Shown: in pieces, positions 16,785-25,284 of the stretch | How the letters are laid out: every line of letters starts with the position of its first letter | Position numbering within the stretch: the first letter of the stretch is position 1 | Assembly: GCA_021806615.1 (NCBI GenBank) | Contig: JAJZRB010000001.1 | Location: 143,201 to 207,200, forward strand | Source of the DNA: a bacterium | GTDB taxonomy: Bacteria > Patescibacteriota > Patescibacteriia > Patescibacteriales > UBA12465 | Length of the DNA: 64,000 nucleotides | Direction: 5' to 3' | Program-made: the position numbers and the translations under genes | The notes under the pieces: model-generated | Database searches by the model: none | Told to the model about the DNA's origin: nothing | What the model saw: only the letters and a program-made list of their open reading frames with translations

Positions 16785-17495
16785 TTATTTTAATATAAGC
16801 CAATAATTAAATTCATCTTTCTTAAGCTCACTGATTTTGAAACCGGCTGCCAGGGCCAAGCGGCGTAATTCTCTCTTAGTAAAAGCGTGATAATAGCGTT
16901 CGCTCAGTTCTTCGCCGCTTGAATTCTTCCAGGAGAAGATGACATCTCCAAAGTCCAAGCGTTCTTCTTTCCGCAGCCAGTGGCTTTTAAGCCAAGTCTT
17001 TAATATCAGAAAACGGTAGTTCTTTCGTCGTATCGTCTTAGACCACATATTCCAAACGCTGATAATCACTTCGCCGCCGACTGCCAGCTTATTCTTCAGT
17101 TCTCTTAGGGCTTGGATCCGCAGGCTCTCGCTCGGGATATGCTGCCAGACAGCTAAACAGAAAATATGGGTGAAATCATGTCCGGAAATAGGCGACAGAT
17201 CCAGCAAGTCGGCCTGGACGAAACGATGCGAAGGATAATTCCTGCGAGCGAGCGTTAACATCTCCAAGCTATTATCTGCGCCCAAATACTCTATATCTTT
17301 GCCGGGCAAAGCGGCTAAGAGCCGTCCGTTGCCACAACCGACATCCAAAATTTTAGAACCGCCGCCTAGAGCGGCGCCGAGCTTGACGATTTCTGGCCAT
17401 AGCGGTTTCTTCCGGCTCACATCAAAATCAACGGCAATTTTTTCATAATTACTTTTTACCAATTTTAATAAATTATCAGCCGTCTCTTTCTCCAT
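16785..17495 (-). CDS. Trm9-like class I SAM-dependent methyltransferase
   Basis: 236 aa. Blocks match my recollection of yeast Trm9/ALKBH8-MT: NYEKIAVDFDVSRKKPLWP, LDVGCGNGRLL, VWNMW, DVIFSW, RYYHAFTKREL and NYWLILK. Confidence 0.7.
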   Translation of the reverse strand: MEKETADNLLKLVKSNYEKIAVDFDVSRKKPLWPEIVKLGAALGGGSKILDVGCGNGRLLAALPGKDIEYLGADNSLEMLTLARRNYPSHRFVQADLLDLSPISGHDFTHIFCLAVWQHIPSESLRIQALRELKNKLAVGGEVIISVWNMWSKTIRRKNYRFLILKTWLKSHWLRKEERLDFGDVIFSWKNSSGEELSERYYHAFTKRELRRLALAAGFKISELKKDEFNYWLILK

Positions 17496-17539
17496 AACTA
17501 ATAGCCAAATATCTGCTTAGCTAAATTAGACCCCCCCCC

Positions 17540-19324
17540 TTAACCCAGATATTCCTTGATCCGATAATCCTCCCGTCCGCTTTCCTTGTTACGCTGAAGC
17601 CGCAGGCAACTATCGCAGTGCCCGCAAGGCTTGGCTTCCGGGTCGCCAAAATATCTCAAGATATATTCTTGGCGGCAACCGAGATCATAAACGTAATTTT
17701 CCATTTCATCCAATTTTTCATAAGCCCGCGCCGCCTTGGTCTTTAAAGCCTTAAAATCCAAATTCAGGTCTTCTGAAGCCACGATCTTTAGGAGTTTGAT
17801 CTCCGTACCACGAAAGGGCGGGCGATATTCAACGAGATCTTTCTCGGCCAATTTCTTCACGGCCCGCAGCAAAGAATCCTTTTTAACCTTTAAAACAATA
17901 GCGACCTCTTCTGGATTAAACTCCCAGCCGGTGGCTAATTCCCGGTGATATTTCTCTTCTAGCTTATCGATTATTTCTCTTTGGCTCTTAGCGCGGGGGC
18001 TGAGAGCCGAACTGACTGACGCCCAGTCTTTTTTAAGCTTCAAGAATGAGTTGGAATTCTTTTCATTGGGACGCGTTATATAACCTTCTTTTTCTAATAT
18101 CTTCAAAGCGGTTCCGATGGCCATTTCCGGCAGAGCCGTTGATAGGTTTTGGACGATTTCGGCGTAAGTCAGGAGAATGGACGCTTCAGGATCTATCTCT
18201 AAGCCGGCGCGCCGGACTAAAAAATCATATATTTCAATAATGGCTTCCGGCTCAGGATTATCTCCCTTAATGAAAAATTCCCGCAAATAACGGTCTTGCT
18301 GATGATAAAACAAGATGCAGAAACTGAGTGCTCCGTCACGGCCGGCTCGTCCGGCCTCCTGGTAATAAGCCTCGATGGTCCCCGGCAAATCATGGTGAAT
18401 AACGAATCGAATATCCTTCTTATTGATTCCCAGACCGAAAGCGTTGGTAGCGACGACGACTTGAGCCTCTCCGCGCATGAATTGTTCTTGCACCCAATTA
18501 CGACTATTAGCATCCATGCCGGCATGATACCCCACGGCTTTGATATCATTATCCATCAAGACTTCTAAAATTTCATCGGCTTTAGCTCTGGTTCCGACAT
18601 AAATAATCCCAGCGCCCATGGCCGGATTAGTAGTCAGGAGGTTGACGATATTTTCAATCTTCTGTCCGTTCGCTGTGGGCACGACAGCGAACTGCAAATT
18701 CGGCCGAGCAAAGCCGGTAATGACTAATTCGCATTTTTTGAGCCCCAGCTGCTTGACGATGTCGTCTCTGACTTCCGGCGTGGCCGTGGCCGTCAAAGCG
18801 GCTACTGTCGGCGAACCGACATATTTGATCGCCTCTTTAAGCCGCAGATAACTCGGCCTAAAATCATGGCCCCATTGACTGATGCAATGAGCCTCATCAA
18901 TCGCAAACAGCGCGATTTTCAATTTCTTCAAAGCTGACAAAAAATTTTGATTATAGAAACGCTCCGGGGCGATATAAATTATTTTATAAACCCCCTCTTT
19001 GACCTGGTCCAAACGCTTTTCGGTCTCAGCTAACGAAATAGTCGAATTGATAAAAGTCGCCGGAATCCCGACTCTTTCCAGAGAATCGACCTGGTCTTTC
19101 ATCAGGGCGATAAGCGGAGAAACTACCAAAGTGACACCATCTAATATCAAGGCGGGTAATTGATAAATCAAAGATTTGCCGCCGCCTGTCGGTAGTACCA
19201 CGATCGTACTACGATCAGCCAATATATTATCGATCGCTCTTTCTTGGCCGGGCAGAAAAGATCCATAGCCAAAATGAATTTTCAGTAATTCCTTTAATTG
19301 TTGTTTCTTTTGGAGCATGTTCAT
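17540..19324 (-). CDS. recQ: RecQ-family ATP-dependent DNA helicase
   Basis: 594 aa with GGGKSLIYQLPA, IDEAHCISQWGHDFRP and AGRAGRDG motifs. A C-terminal CRQEYILRYFGD..CGHCDSC zinc motif is present. Confidence 0.9.
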   Translation of the reverse strand: MNMLQKKQQLKELLKIHFGYGSFLPGQERAIDNILADRSTIVVLPTGGGKSLIYQLPALILDGVTLVVSPLIALMKDQVDSLERVGIPATFINSTISLAETEKRLDQVKEGVYKIIYIAPERFYNQNFLSALKKLKIALFAIDEAHCISQWGHDFRPSYLRLKEAIKYVGSPTVAALTATATPEVRDDIVKQLGLKKCELVITGFARPNLQFAVVPTANGQKIENIVNLLTTNPAMGAGIIYVGTRAKADEILEVLMDNDIKAVGYHAGMDANSRNWVQEQFMRGEAQVVVATNAFGLGINKKDIRFVIHHDLPGTIEAYYQEAGRAGRDGALSFCILFYHQQDRYLREFFIKGDNPEPEAIIEIYDFLVRRAGLEIDPEASILLTYAEIVQNLSTALPEMAIGTALKILEKEGYITRPNEKNSNSFLKLKKDWASVSSALSPRAKSQREIIDKLEEKYHRELATGWEFNPEEVAIVLKVKKDSLLRAVKKLAEKDLVEYRPPFRGTEIKLLKIVASEDLNLDFKALKTKAARAYEKLDEMENYVYDLGCRQEYILRYFGDPEAKPCGHCDSCLRLQRNKESGREDYRIKEYLG

Positions 19325-19410
19325 TGGTTATAATACTATTGACAAAACATGTAAATAATTATAAAATCAAACGAATAAATAGTTAATATCACAAATACGG
19401 AAGGAATAAA

Positions 19411-19692
19411 ATGGCTCTTTTAAAATTATCCTGCGTACGAGCTATAGGGAGGAAAATACTCAAAGTGAAAAAAAGGAAGCCTTGGCTATTTTGGCTTTTT
19501 CTCTCTCTGAGCTTCATGGTAAGTTCTGTCCAAATTCGTCTCTATATAAGTAAGGCCGCGCTCGGCCAACAAATAATAGCGGCGGCAATAACTGCTATTT
19601 ACTGGCTCATTTTTCTTTTTATCCCTAAAATCTATATAGCCATTTGCGAAATCAAAAGAGTCATTAAGACTTTAGAGAATGATTCTTTTTAA
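19411..19692 (+). CDS. small membrane protein (hypothetical)
   Basis: 93 aa with 2 TM segments. GGAAGGA lies 6 nt upstream of the ATG, and TTGACA-17-TAAAAT lies further upstream. Confidence 0.45.
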   Translation: MALLKLSCVRAIGRKILKVKKRKPWLFWLFLSLSFMVSSVQIRLYISKAALGQQIIAAAITAIYWLIFLFIPKIYIAICEIKRVIKTLENDSF

Positions 19693-19733
19693 ATCAAAGC
19701 ATTTCATCCACTATCCTCTAACCGGAGACAACA

Positions 19734-19940
19734 ATGGAATCAATAATTAGACTAATAGCACTAGTATCGTCTCTCATGCTCGGCGGAGCAATTTATGAAA
19801 CTGTGCGCGCCGTTCTGCATGTGAAGGGCGCGGCCGACCCTCTCAGTATCATGGTATTTTACATCATGGGAATTTTCTGGGGAGGCGCGGCTATCTATCT
19901 CTATCGGCAGGAAAACAATAAGCTCTATAACGAGAGATAA
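19734..19940 (+). CDS. small membrane protein (hypothetical)
   Basis: 68 aa with 2 TM segments. A GGAGA Shine-Dalgarno sequence is present and a hairpin follows at 19949-19975. Confidence 0.45.
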   Translation: MESIIRLIALVSSLMLGGAIYETVRAVLHVKGAADPLSIMVFYIMGIFWGGAAIYLYRQENNKLYNER

Positions 19941-19975
19941 AATTCGATAACCATCCGCTTCAAGCAGATGGTTTT

Positions 19976-20770
19976 TTATTTCGGTCGACGCCTGAATATC
20001 TCCCAGACATTCTTGAATAAGAAAGCGATAGTCATCGGTCCGATGCCGCCCGGCACCGGCGTGATATAGCCGGCCTTCTCCTTTACATCTTCATAATCCA
20101 CATCGCCCCAAACCTTATCGCCCACCTGGCTGATACCGATATCAATGATAACTGCCCCATCCTTGACCATTTTGCTCTTGATATAGCGCGGCTGCCCTAG
20201 AGCGGTGACTAATAAATCAGCGTCTTCAGGCCTATCCTTAGGGACAATCTTAATCCCTCTCGCCGTCAATATCTCCTTGATTCCCAAGCCAAAAATCTCG
20301 GAATTATACAAAATACAAGCAGTTTTCAAATCGGCTCCAGGTCCTATCTCGTCTAGACAAGCTAAGATCGAAGCTAAAACCGGAGATAACAAATAATCGT
20401 GGCGATCTGGATGGAACCCATCAGCATCTTTGTTTGGATCAACCGCCGCGATAATCTTATTGGTATTAAATTTTTCCGGAAGCGGCAACTGGACGATAAT
20501 GCCATCGATTGATTCATCCTCATTTAAGAATTGAATGACTCGCAAGATCTCAGCTTCAGATACCTCGGCTTCTAGCTGATATAAATGAGTATCAATGCCC
20601 ACTAACTTACCCTCTCTCTCCTTAAGCGAGACATAAAGTTTGGAGTCAGCTCGTTCGCCTACTAGAATAATGGCCAAATTAGGTCTTTGGCCATTCAGCT
20701 TAGAAATATCTTGAGCGATGGAATCTTTCACTCGTTCAGCGATAGCTCGTCCGTCTATTTTCTTCACCAT
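19976..20770 (-). CDS. folD: bifunctional methylenetetrahydrofolate dehydrogenase/methenyl-THF cyclohydrolase
   Basis: 264 aa with ..LAIILVGERADSKLYV.. and ..ITPVPGGIGPMTIA... Confidence 0.93.
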   Translation of the reverse strand: MVKKIDGRAIAERVKDSIAQDISKLNGQRPNLAIILVGERADSKLYVSLKEREGKLVGIDTHLYQLEAEVSEAEILRVIQFLNEDESIDGIIVQLPLPEKFNTNKIIAAVDPNKDADGFHPDRHDYLLSPVLASILACLDEIGPGADLKTACILYNSEIFGLGIKEILTARGIKIVPKDRPEDADLLVTALGQPRYIKSKMVKDGAVIIDIGISQVGDKVWGDVDYEDVKEKAGYITPVPGGIGPMTIAFLFKNVWEIFRRRPK

Positions 20771-20794
20771 ATAGTCTTAAGCTCTTTTTAGTGA

Positions 20795-22039
20795 TTATTT
20801 AGTAGGAATCGGAAACCGATAGCAGAGCTTTTTCACTTCGTCTTTTAATGATTGCAATTCCTTCTCCGAGGCTTTATTGCCCAAAGCTCTGTCAATATAA
20901 GAAACAATCAATTTCATTTCTTCTTCCTTCATGCCGCGCGTAGTTACGGCTGGCGTGCCGACTCTCATTCCGGAAGGATTAAGCGGCGGATTAGGATCAT
21001 TGGGAATAGTGGATCGGGAAACGGAGACGCCGATCCTCTCCAAAACTTTTTCCGCTTCTTTCCCGGCCAAGCCTTTGTTGCCCAGATCAATCACCATCAG
21101 ATGGTTATCGGTCCCGCCGGAAATAATACGATAGCCGCGCCTCATGAATTCATCGGCCATAGCTTGGGCGTTCTTAATAATCTGTCCGGCGTATTCTTTA
21201 AATTCCGGCTTTAAAGCTTCGCCGAAAGCCACTGCCTTAGCGGCCGTAATGTGATTATGCGGCCCGCCCTGCATACCGGGGAACACCGCGCTGTTAACCT
21301 GTTTGGCATATTTCTCCTTGCACATGATAATGGCACCGCGCGGTCCTCGCAATGTTTTATGCGTCGTGGTAGAAACCACATCAAAAATCGGCACCGGATT
21401 ATCTAATTGTCTTGCGGCTATCAGGCCGGCGATATGGGCGATATCGGCAAAAGTATAAGCGCCGATCTCATCAGCTATATCCTGGAATCCTCGCCAGTCT
21501 ATTTCACGCGAATAGGCGCTGAATCCGGCGACGATCATTTTCGGTTTTTCCCGCAAAGCAATTTCCCGCACTGACTCCATATTTATTATCCCGCTTTCCG
21601 GATCAACCCCATATTGGACAAAATTATAAAGCCGACCGGAAAAATTCACGCTATGGCCGTGCGATAAATGGCCGCCATGGTCTAATTTCAAACCCAAGAC
21701 CTTATCGCCCGGATTTAAGAAAGCCATATAAACCGCGGCGTTGGCCGGGGAACCGGATAGCGGCTGGACATTAACGTGCTCAGCGGAAAATAATTCCTTC
21801 GCCCGTTCAATGGCCAGAGTCTCTATATCATCAATGTTGTAATTGCCGCCATAATAACGTCTGCCGGCATACCCTTCGCTATATTTATTGGTCAGAACGG
21901 TCGCCATCGCTTCTAACACGGCGGGCGAAACATAATTTTCCGAAGCAATAAGCTCGATTTCGTCATTCTGCCGCTGTTCTTCGGCCTTGATGATCTGCCA
22001 AACCGCCGGATCTTGCTTCGGTAAATAATCGTATTTCAT
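20795..22039 (-). CDS. glyA: serine hydroxymethyltransferase
   Basis: 414 aa with the PLP-lysine motif TTTHKTLRGPRG. Confidence 0.95.
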   Translation of the reverse strand: MKYDYLPKQDPAVWQIIKAEEQRQNDEIELIASENYVSPAVLEAMATVLTNKYSEGYAGRRYYGGNYNIDDIETLAIERAKELFSAEHVNVQPLSGSPANAAVYMAFLNPGDKVLGLKLDHGGHLSHGHSVNFSGRLYNFVQYGVDPESGIINMESVREIALREKPKMIVAGFSAYSREIDWRGFQDIADEIGAYTFADIAHIAGLIAARQLDNPVPIFDVVSTTTHKTLRGPRGAIIMCKEKYAKQVNSAVFPGMQGGPHNHITAAKAVAFGEALKPEFKEYAGQIIKNAQAMADEFMRRGYRIISGGTDNHLMVIDLGNKGLAGKEAEKVLERIGVSVSRSTIPNDPNPPLNPSGMRVGTPAVTTRGMKEEEMKLIVSYIDRALGNKASEKELQSLKDEVKKLCYRFPIPTK

Positions 22040-22086
22040 ATAGTTAAATCTTAAGTGAGCGCACTTGTTTTGTCAAAAATTATAAA

Positions 22087-22785
22087 TTATTGAAATTGCC
22101 TGAAAAGCGGGCCGTACATATCTTCCTTGATATCTATTCGCAACTCGTTCCGGGAAGTTCTTTCGGCATATTCTACCGGCGGGGCGCTTATTACGGCGAG
22201 CGGCTGTCTTTCAGCTCCTTCCCCCATGCACAAGACTGCGGCCGTTGCCAAGCTATCGGCCATATCGACGCGTGAAAAATGAAAAGGGCGGCCGAAAATA
22301 TCTAAAGTCCGGCGATAATCCTTAATACCCTTAAAACCAGCATAACCCAAAGCCACTCCGGTAATCCCGGCGCGCAGCGGGGCTGTACGGCTATCGGTAA
22401 TTATGACGCCCAGTCTTCTTAATTTGAATCGCCGTTGCAAATAAATACGGATCTTCCTGGCCGACCGGAAGCTGTCACGAGGCAACAGAATAATCTGGCC
22501 GTTCCCGTTGCTTTCGTCTACCCCGGCGCTAGCCATCACTACGCCGTCCTTGATTGTTAGGTAGGCCCATTTAGTCGGCAAAGCGAACTGGCTTTCAGCA
22601 CGGATGATCTTTTCCTTCCCCGCCCTATCGGTCTTCTCTTGGAAGCGTCCTTCGCTAAGAGCTACTATTTTGGAGGTCGCTATCAAGATATCCCCTTCCG
22701 TCAAATGAGATATATGTCGGCCGATGAACCGGAGAAGATTTTCGTTCGGCTGGAAAATAGCCGTTTTAATTGCTTTTATTTTCAT
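22087..22785 (-). CDS. CofE-like (F420-0:gamma-glutamyl ligase family) protein
   Basis: 232 aa. GDILIATSKIVALSEGR, AGVDESN, GVIITDSRTAPLRAG and LCMGEGAERQP follow the CofE-family pattern. Confidence 0.7.
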   Translation of the reverse strand: MKIKAIKTAIFQPNENLLRFIGRHISHLTEGDILIATSKIVALSEGRFQEKTDRAGKEKIIRAESQFALPTKWAYLTIKDGVVMASAGVDESNGNGQIILLPRDSFRSARKIRIYLQRRFKLRRLGVIITDSRTAPLRAGITGVALGYAGFKGIKDYRRTLDIFGRPFHFSRVDMADSLATAAVLCMGEGAERQPLAVISAPPVEYAERTSRNELRIDIKEDMYGPLFRQFQ

Positions 22786-23407
22786 ATTGCAAGAGATAAA
22801 TTCCTAAATAAGACAGCGGCGTATATAAAAATCCCATGGACACTTTATATAGCCACCATGGCAAGCTTATCAGTATTATGGTCCTGGCGGAATAGACGCC
22901 GCCGAAAGCGACGATCATAAAGATCAGGGTATCTAGAAATTGGGACCATAAATTAGATAGATTTGACTGTAGCCAGAAAGCGCGGCCGTCTAATCTCCTC
23001 TTGAAGAAGAAAAACGCCACAACATCCTGGTATTCACCGATAGTATAAGCTAATAAAGAGGCGAGGGACATTCTTAAAGAGACGCCAAAGACCGCATTAT
23101 AACCGCCTTGGAATTTCAAGCCGGCCTGGTCCCAAGGCAAAGCCAGGGCGATAAGAGAATAGAGCAAAAATAAGAAAATACTGAGCATGCCGGCTAAAAC
23201 AAAATTTTTAGCCATTTGCTTCCCATAAACTTGGCCTATAACGTCGGTAGTTAAAAAAACGAAGGGAAAAAAGAAGACGGCGACGGATAAATGGGTGCCG
23301 AAAATGAAAGGCATCAGCTTCAAACCAAGAGTATTAGCGGCCACCAGGGAAATCAAATAAAGCATTAAAGCGATAATTACCCTGAAATTAATGTTATCGG
23401 ATGGCAT
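22766..23407 (-). CDS. yhhQ: YhhQ/VUT-family (DUF165) transporter, queuosine-precursor transporter type
   Basis: 213 aa with 6 TM helices, and ..TIGEYQDVVAFFFFKR.. and ..QFLDTLIFMIVAF... It overlaps the next gene by 20 nt. Confidence 0.7.
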   Translation of the reverse strand: MPSDNINFRVIIALMLYLISLVAANTLGLKLMPFIFGTHLSVAVFFFPFVFLTTDVIGQVYGKQMAKNFVLAGMLSIFLFLLYSLIALALPWDQAGLKFQGGYNAVFGVSLRMSLASLLAYTIGEYQDVVAFFFFKRRLDGRAFWLQSNLSNLWSQFLDTLIFMIVAFGGVYSARTIILISLPWWLYKVSMGFLYTPLSYLGIYLLQYENKSN

Positions 23408-23541
23408 AGATAAAGATTAAATAAATAAAAACGCCCCAAAGGGCGTTTTACTTAAATAAAATCTACCCTTTGTTCAAAGAAATAAATAATCAGCTCTATT
23501 GAATCCGGACCAGGTCCTGGTGGTTTTGGTGATAAGCATAG
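23408..23541 (-). promoter_or_regulatory. yhhQ 5' leader with an intrinsic terminator and a competing antiterminator pairing
   Basis: Minus-sense terminator AAAACGCCC-TTTG-GGGCGTTTTT (23427-23449) ends about 20 nt before the ATG. Upstream CAAAGGG (23466-23472) can pair with the CCCTTTG of the terminator's 5' arm and loop. Confidence 0.5.
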
Positions 23542-23548
23542 TAAATCT

Positions 23549-23577
23549 ATTATAATCTACCAACCGAGAAAATACAA
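23549..23577 (-). promoter_or_regulatory. candidate promoter of yhhQ
   Basis: Minus-sense TTGTAT, 17-nt spacer, TATAAT. Confidence 0.5.
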
Positions 23578-23587
23578 GCGGAGCCGA

Positions 23588-25207
23588 TCAAACAATCTTA
23601 ACCATATAGGTTCCCCGCAATTTGTATCCAGTTTTCCTATAGTACCCTCTCGCCCCCACTCCGGAAATAACGGAAATATTTTTAATTCTATTCTTCCGGA
23701 CGATATCTTCCGCACCAGCTAATAATTTTTTTCCTAGACCGCTATGTTGGATCTTCTGGTTTCCGCCCAGAGGTACTAGTTCGCCATAAACATGCAGTTC
23801 TCGTATAAGGGCGGGCGATACTGGGCTGGTCTTATCGAGGCGTAAACGGCAAAAGCCATAGAGGATCTTGGCGTCATGGCTTTCCGCACTAATAAAATAT
23901 TCTTCTCCGCCGGATGCTGGATAGCTAATGGTCCGTAATTCGAAATCGGGCGCTGGTTGCCGTTCTTTAGCCTCCCGGCAACGGATACAATTACATTTCA
24001 CTCCTCGATCTTTCATGATTTGCCTTAAATTAGTAATTTTGTTTCCGGCGATGATTGATTCGCTCGGGATATCCCTGATCAAACGGATAATACGGACATA
24101 TGGGGGGACGAGCGCCTTGCACCGCACAATCAGGTTCTGCAGGACCCGATCAGAATATGGTTTATATTTTCCTTGCCGATACCAACTATATAATAAGCTC
24201 CCGGCTGTAACTACTGTGGGATAAAATTTTATCTGATCCGGCTGGAAACGCTCATCATTGAATAATCGTCGGAATAACAATAGGTCCTTAGCCGGAGTTG
24301 ACCCCGGTAGGGCCGGCATTAAATGATAAGTAATTTTAAAGCCATATTGTCTTAATAAAGAAGTGGCGTCGGCGATTTCTTTAACGCCGTGGCCCCTCTT
24401 ATTTAATTTTAAAATAGCATCATCAACTGCCTGGACTCCGATTTCCACACGCGTGCACCCGAGTTCGCGCATTTCTGACAATTCTTCCTTATTAATATAA
24501 TCCGGCCTAGTTTCTAACGTCAGCCCGATAATCTTATATCCCGCTTTTTCATTTTTATGCTGCTCCCTCCTTAAAGCCGCTTTCAAATGGGCTAAAGATA
24601 AATTTTGTTTATAAACAGCTTTCAAATCTGTCTGGAACCTGATTCCCGAGCCTGATTGAGAAAGAATAGCGCCTCTCATTCGGCTATAATCATTGGCGGC
24701 CCGGAAACAATTTAAAATATACCAATATTTATATCTTACCGGTAAATAGCTCCAAGTGCCGCCGATGACGATTATTTCGATTTTAGTGGGTTCATGCCCG
24801 TTATTTTCTAAAGATTTTAGCCGTAACGATACTTGCTTATACGGGTCGTAACCACAACGGATGGCTCTCATGACGGCCGGTTCATTCGATAGATAGCTGG
24901 TCGGCACATCGCTCTCATGCGGACAATAGGCGCAATTTCCAGGGCATGGATAAGGCTTGGTCAAAACAGCTATCGGCGCTATGCCGGACAAAGTTCTGAT
25001 AGAGCGTTTGCGTAATATTTTTTCTAGACTCTTTTGACGGTTAGCTCCGCTCGATAATAAAAGGCCATATCCTTGTAGAATATCGGAATTAGAAATAGCC
25101 GCTAAGCCATATTTTTTACAGACCGCTCTTTTCGCAGCCTCTAAATCATCGCGATTTTTTATATTACTAGCGTAATTTTCTAATAATTCCTTTATTGCTT
25201 CCCCCAT
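23588..25207 (-). CDS. elp3: Elp3-family radical SAM/GNAT tRNA uridine(34) modification enzyme homolog
   Basis: 539 aa with a radical-SAM CPGNCAYCP cluster motif, an ETRPDY block and a C-terminal acetyltransferase motif QHSGLGKKLL. Confidence 0.85.
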   Translation of the reverse strand: MGEAIKELLENYASNIKNRDDLEAAKRAVCKKYGLAAISNSDILQGYGLLLSSGANRQKSLEKILRKRSIRTLSGIAPIAVLTKPYPCPGNCAYCPHESDVPTSYLSNEPAVMRAIRCGYDPYKQVSLRLKSLENNGHEPTKIEIIVIGGTWSYLPVRYKYWYILNCFRAANDYSRMRGAILSQSGSGIRFQTDLKAVYKQNLSLAHLKAALRREQHKNEKAGYKIIGLTLETRPDYINKEELSEMRELGCTRVEIGVQAVDDAILKLNKRGHGVKEIADATSLLRQYGFKITYHLMPALPGSTPAKDLLLFRRLFNDERFQPDQIKFYPTVVTAGSLLYSWYRQGKYKPYSDRVLQNLIVRCKALVPPYVRIIRLIRDIPSESIIAGNKITNLRQIMKDRGVKCNCIRCREAKERQPAPDFELRTISYPASGGEEYFISAESHDAKILYGFCRLRLDKTSPVSPALIRELHVYGELVPLGGNQKIQHSGLGKKLLAGAEDIVRKNRIKNISVISGVGARGYYRKTGYKLRGTYMVKIV

Positions 25208-25284
25208 ATTTTTAGGTTATAATTAAACTATTAGCAGCGGTTAGCCAATTAACAATATAACATTTTTCTTAATTAGACAATAAT

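Noticed and set aside
23450-23541. Calling the yhhQ leader a preQ1-I or preQ1-II riboswitch outright
   Set aside because: I could not find the conserved aptamer features by eye. Only the terminator/antiterminator logic is supported, so it is reported as a candidate cis-regulator of unknown class.
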